DNA of 64,000 nt from Octopus vulgaris. Lineage: Eukaryota. Below the pieces are notes generated by a model. It did not search any database and had not been told where the DNA came from. It saw only the letters and a list, made by a program, of their open reading frames with translations. Below, piece after piece: positions 57,920-64,000 of the stretch. Each line of letters opens with the position of its first letter. Position 1 is the first letter of the stretch. The position numbers and the translations under genes are program-made. The DNA lies in assembly GCA_951406725.2 (NCBI GenBank), contig OX597824.1, positions 9,300,001 through 9,364,000 of the forward strand. The letters are read 5' to 3'.

Positions 57920-58227
57920 GAGACAGACAGACAGACAGACAGAGTTATAGTTGTCTTACAAAATACACAGACTGCATAAAAGTGCTCAAGTTGAACCTGT
58001 GAATTTTAGACAACTATAATAAATGGAACAGAGAAAGTTAAAACCGGGCAACCTACAATTAACACGTATGTGTACGGATTGAATTGAGATAAAAATCTGT
58101 TTGTATTTTTATATGTATTTTTAATATATCCATATATGTTTTTATGTTTTGGGGAAAATTTTTATTTTAATTATATCCGTATACCTGTGTTCATTGTAGT
58201 TTGCATGACTTTAACTTTCTCCATTCC

Positions 58228-58254
58228 ATTTATTATCATTATTGTTATTATTAA

Positions 58255-58339
<85 letters not shown>

Positions 58340-58560
58340 GTTGTTATTGTTGTTATTATTTTTATTATTATTATTATTATTGTTATTAGTGTTATTGTTG
58401 TTATTATTATTATCATTATTATTATTACTATTATTATTATTGTTATTATTGCTATTGTTATTTTCATTATTATTATTATTATTATTATTATTAATATTAT
58501 TATTATTATTATTATTATCATTATTATTATTATTATTAATATTAATATTATTATTAATAT

Positions 58561-58591
<31 letters not shown>

Positions 58592-58691
58592 ATTATTATT
58601 ATTATTAATATTATTATTATTATTATCATTAGTGTTATTATTATCATTATTATTATTAATATTATTATTATTATTATTATCATTATTATCA

Positions 58692-58765
<74 letters not shown>
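58228..58765. repeat. About 530-bp degenerate (ATT)n tract
   Basis: Directly visible; source of the poly-I/poly-L ORFs. Confidence 0.95.
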
Positions 58766-59165
58766 TATAAAGTGGCCTAAGGCATTTGCCTACACACACG
58801 CTGAGATGCTTTCTACGTATTGTATTTCATCCCGGAGGAAAAACATACGTTTTACAAATCGACAAACTAATACAAAATATATTGGGAATTTTATAGAATT
58901 ATATAGAAAATAAAATACGTAATTTGATAAGCTTAATTTCTTATTTGAATACCGTCATATTTTACCGTATATATCCTTTTATTTTAAATATCTGCATATT
59001 TAAAAAGCAACCTCAGATACAACTAACTTAATAGACACGCACACATATACACACATATGCACTGACATCTATACACACAAAGAAACTGACTTAACTACAT
59101 TCATGTACTCACAAAGGAACTAAGAGCCTTAAGCACATAACCGAATTAAAAATTTGCAAAGTATT

Positions 59166-59629
59166 CTTTTCTGCTCCAGGCACAAGGCCCGAAATTTTGG
59201 GGGAGGTGGCCAATCGATTAGATCTCAGTACCCAATTGGTACTCAATTTATCGACCCCGAAAGGATAAAAAGCAAAGTCGACCTCGGCGGAATTTAAACT
59301 CAGAACGTAAAGACAAACGAGATACCTATTTCTATTTCTTTACTACCCACAAGGGGTCGACCTCGGCGGAATTTGAACTCAGAACGCAGTGGCAGACGAA
59401 ATACCTATTTCTTTACTACCCACAAGGGGCTAAACACAGAGGAGACAAACAAGGACAGACAGACGGATTAAGTCGATTATATCGACCTCAGTGCGTAACT
59501 GGTACTTAATTTATCGACCCCGAAAGGATGAAAGGCAAAGTCGACCTCAGCGAAATTTGAACTCAGAACGTAACGCAAACGCTAAGAATTTCGCCCAGCA
59601 TGCTAACGTTTCTGCCAGCTCGCCGCCTT
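59166..59629 (-). mobile_element. SINE family B trimer with deleted middle unit
   Basis: TSD aaaatttgcaaa(g/a)tatt encloses all three units. Confidence 0.88.
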
Positions 59630-60179
59630 AAAATTTGCAAAATATTACAGATTGTACTGGTATGAGACGATCAGTTTAAATTTCTTTTCACTGTCAGACG
59701 TTTTTCAGATTCCCCAGTCTGACGTTGTTTTGCATGATGATAACAGAAATGACATTTTTTGTAGAAATTTAAAATAAAAGAAAGATTCAAGCCTTCAAAT
59801 CAATCACCGGCAAATTGCTGCCTGCTGTTCTTTCTAAATTGCACACCTAAAAAATATTTCACTGAAAATGTTGTATGAGTGCAGCACGCTTATTGATGAC
59901 CTACGTCTCATGCGGTCCACTTCTCAAAGAAGATTTTACCTGCTGTAAGTCTAAATTTAGCCAACCGGAAGCCTCCATTTCCAAGATATGATACAAAAAA
60001 TAACTACTTCTTTTTTTCATACATTTAATTCACCATATTAAACTTATATTTTCCAAAACACGAAGAGAAACATTAAAAAATAACCTAAATCTCAAATGCA
60101 CATAGGGGCGGGAATATACCCACTGAGCCATATACACTCGTACAGACACAAACATAGACACAAACCTACACAAATATAT

Positions 60180-60238
<59 letters not shown>

Positions 60239-60765
60239 AACTAAAACGCTTCTACAAACATACATAGGTATAAATATAGGCTACACCGAACTGACTACAA
60301 CAACGATTCCCCTCTGCATTCCTGACCTCAGTAAATTCAATAGAGATTAATACCCAAGTGATTCCACTGTTCAGCTGGCCATCTCTGACCTTCTCTCGCC
60401 ATCAATTACCTTACATACTTTCCCTAACGCCATTAACCTTTTAAACTTATTTTCAATGAATTTTACTTAATACTCGCCAAACAATTTTTTTCTGTTTTTT
60501 TTTACATCCCCATAGAATTCTCCACGAAATTATAAATTATCGCTTTAACACACTTGTCTTAAATGAACCTGTCGAAATTGTTCTCTATATAAACATTAAA
60601 TAGAACAGTTTCACTGCTCGTTGAACAGGCTGTTAGGTACATTACGCACGCACAAAGACTGACACACAAAGGCAAAGACACACACACACACACACATAAT
60701 CGAGAGGGAGAGATTCAGCCAGCAATTAATCTTATACATATATACATACACACACACAAACACAC

Positions 60766-60822
<57 letters not shown>

Positions 60823-60964
60823 GAAACATATACACACTTGCGTATAATTTATCTAGTTTCAAACGTTACCTTTCTTATAAGTGTGTGTGTGCGTGCGTAC
60901 ACACAACATCACTCACTCACACACACACACACACACACACGCATATATGTATATGTGTAAATAT

Positions 60965-61100
60965 GTTTCTCTCCTTTTTTCTCTCCTTTTTTCTCTCCGT
61001 TTTATTCTCTCCTTGTTTGTTTTTGTATCCCTTCCTGTAGAAGAGCGTAGGCTCGAAACGTAAAAGACTCTTTCTATTCCTGAGCGTTATACTAATACAT
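60965..61100 (+). mobile_element. Element P1 with hammerhead-like motif (61031-61066)
   Basis: cttc CTGTAGA A gagc gtag gctc GAAA cg TA aaag, then ttcctgagcgttatactaatac. Confidence 0.7.
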
Positions 61101-61110
61101 ATTCGTCGTA

Positions 61111-61148
<38 letters not shown>

Positions 61149-61149
61149 T

Positions 61150-61275
61150 GGCAAAAGGGACCGATAGACTTAGTACCAGACTATAAAAATAAGTACTGGG
61201 GTCGATTGATCCGACTAAAAAGACAAGGCGGTGCGCCAGCATGGCCGCAGTCTGATGATTGAAACAGTTAAAATG
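61150..61275 (+). mobile_element. SINE family A, 3' part
   Basis: ggcaaaagggaccgatag...ccagcatggccgcagtc. Confidence 0.75.
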
Positions 61276-61307
61276 ATATGGATATAGGAACATGATAGAT
61301 AGATAGT

Positions 61308-61387
<80 letters not shown>

Positions 61388-63511
61388 CCGAAGAAGGCAC
61401 GTATGATCGGTCTGAGACGCCCGCCATTTTTGTATACAACAAGAAACAGATGATATATGATGTGCATCTTTGGAACACACTAAATTTGGCGACAAACTTT
61501 GTTTGCGGTTTTGGTAAGTGGCTTTCTGTGTGTCTGCGAATTCATGTAACTGTTTATTTATATATTCAACCTCAGATACAATGTATAAACCGGTCACTTT
61601 CGAATGCTTGCGATTTAGTTTCTTTGTGTTTAAACATATGTTTAAACACGATTCCACAGTGGCCACCTAATTTCTGTTCTCATCCATACACTGTGTAGCA
61701 ATGCCATTTTCCCAAATTAATTCAAGTATGTCATGAAAGCGAGCGTAAACTCTTTTACTCTTTGGTTCGATTCTCGACTCTTCCACTTATAAGCTTTACA
61801 ATTCAGACACCACCATTTGCAGAATATTAGCAGCTTACTAAAACGAACTTACGTTTCTTAAAGTCGATCATCAGACGATCACCTCTCCTCATCAATAAAA
61901 TCCATGCATCAATTATAAACTATCGATTACGAGTAAATGTTTATATTTTCTGTTAATGTGTAGCAATGAGAAATTTCCAAGCCATTTTATATTTTATTAA
62001 AACTTACATTGCGGTATTTTTGGTATTCAACGAAAAGTGTTTTCTTTTGTTTTATTTGTGAAGTTAAAATAAAAACTAATGACGCCTTATCAAAAGAAAT
62101 TTGCATTTGAACATCTCAGATAGTAAAAACATTTAAAATTACTATGATCAATAAAAGCAAGTCATTTAATACGGCTTGAATTACACCGTCTTAACAAATC
62201 AACCGTGGTGTTTCTTAATTTATGCTTTTTATTTCATAAATTATTCATTCATTATGAATTGCTTATATAGAAATGTATGAGTATCTTTTTTTAATGAATT
62301 ACAGGAGAAATGGTACAACGAAAATTCGGAAACTGGTGCAATGAAGAAGAGAAGAATACTATATTGAAACCGGAGTCCTGAATATTTACAACAGAATAAA
62401 CTCCTAAAATGGTAACCAATGGCCTGCTGACGGTATTAAATTGAGAGCCACTTTATGTATGCCATCCAATAATATTAGCTTGAAATTTTGGCACAAGGCC
62501 AGCAATTTCGGGGCTGTGCGAAGTCGATTAATTAAGCCTTATTGTTCAACTGGTACTTATTTTAACGTCCTCGAAAGAATAAAAGATAAAGTCAACCTCG
62601 GAACGTAACGCCGAAAGAAATGCCGCTAAGCATTTTTACCAACCAAATAATGATCGTGCCAGTTCGAAGCACAATAATATTGATCTCAAATTTTGCTATA
62701 AGGTCAGCAGTTTCGAAGGATGTGTGTCAGTCGATCACATCGACTCCAGTACGCAACTGGTACTTATTTTGTCGATCCCGCTGACTGACAGGGTTTACAA
62801 TACAAGTGGCGGTATTATTCAAGCTTCTTTGCCCTTTGGAATCTGATTCTGAAGGAATGTTTTTGGGAACTAGCATATGTCCAGATATTGTCTTACAAGT
62901 TTTCTGACATATGACACAAGTCGTAAGAGGTTGTTGGTGTCCAAGATCATTACCTATCTGGGCATTTCGATTTTCATGTGACTTCAGGATTCATATGTCC
63001 TGCATCCATGTATCCATCTTGGCTATAAATTCAATTTATTTCATGGTTTTTAAAGTGGTTAATCTCACGAAAATTAAATAAAACCTAACACAGGATTGGA
63101 CGTAAACCGCTCGATCATTCGTTTCATACCTACGTAAGTTAGAACTGCTACCCTTCGTCATCGCTAGAATATTTAGTACAGTGCAACTTTGAAACATTAT
63201 ACTGTTTAACCACCACCAACACATACATACATACATGTATGAATGATGTGTGGATATGTGTGCGTCTGTGTGCGTGGGTTATTCATTTCCTTTAGCCATT
63301 TCATCTTACCTTTATTTTGCCAGACAGTATTTGTCATTATAATTTTTTTTTATTTGACAAATGTTTCGTATAAATACGCAGAAAAACACGTTTCTTCTTT
63401 CCGCTTAAAGGCACACAGACAGACTGTCTCACACGTATGAAAACACAAACACACACATATGTACACGCACACATACATAATATACACTTTTATAATACAC
63501 ATTTATAGATG

Positions 63512-63585
<74 letters not shown>

Positions 63586-64000
63586 TACCTGTGGCCTGTG
63601 GCGTGAGAGGAAGTGTATTAACGTCGATGTGTGTTTGCATACATATTGTCGTCTGTATTTACTGCTGACTTGTTAAATGGACCGGCAATATATCTTTTCA
63701 AAGGCAACCGAATCAAATTAGCTCTTTGAATAATTCATCTGTGATAGTTATATGATAAACTGTCTATTTATAACGGATTGTTATCAAATTACATTACTAA
63801 TGGGATTATGTGAGTTCTCCGTTTCATACAATAAAATAATAACAGCAAAAACGACAACAACAATGATAATAATAATGATAATAATAAACTAGAGAAAACG
63901 AAAAATACATCGGATGAAAGGAAACAAAAGGAGATGCTATTTTGGCATGATGTCGTGTATGTTGTGTAGCCAGAAAAACAATACTGCAAAAGATGCTGAT

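Noticed and set aside
61245-61272. ctgatga..gaaac in a SINE A tail as a hammerhead
   Set aside because: Other copies read cagtcaaatgactgaaac; the match arises from private mutations and there is no room for stem II

Overview
AT-rich, repeat-dense eukaryotic non-coding DNA (intron or intergenic). The repeat families and extreme (TA)n/(CA)n/(GATA)n/(TAA)n load resemble an octopus (cephalopod) genome; that assignment is an inference. No intact protein-coding gene can be supported, and almost all listed ORFs are microsatellite or SINE translation artefacts. The window holds many copies of two tRNA-derived SINE families (called A and B here) and one head of a third. It also holds decayed Tc1/mariner transposons, MITEs, non-autonomous Helitrons, RTE/other LINE scraps and a (TAA)n-embedded retroelement 3' end. 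The most notable signal is a set of short elements, mostly abutting (TA)n tracts, that carry minimal type-I hammerhead-ribozyme-like motifs (several with non-canonical cores such as CUGUAGA and CCGACGA) and fold-back inverted arms, as expected of Penelope-like or retrozyme-like retroelements. SINE B also forms head-to-tail multimers with fixed junctions. Coordinates were read by eye and boundaries are approximate.
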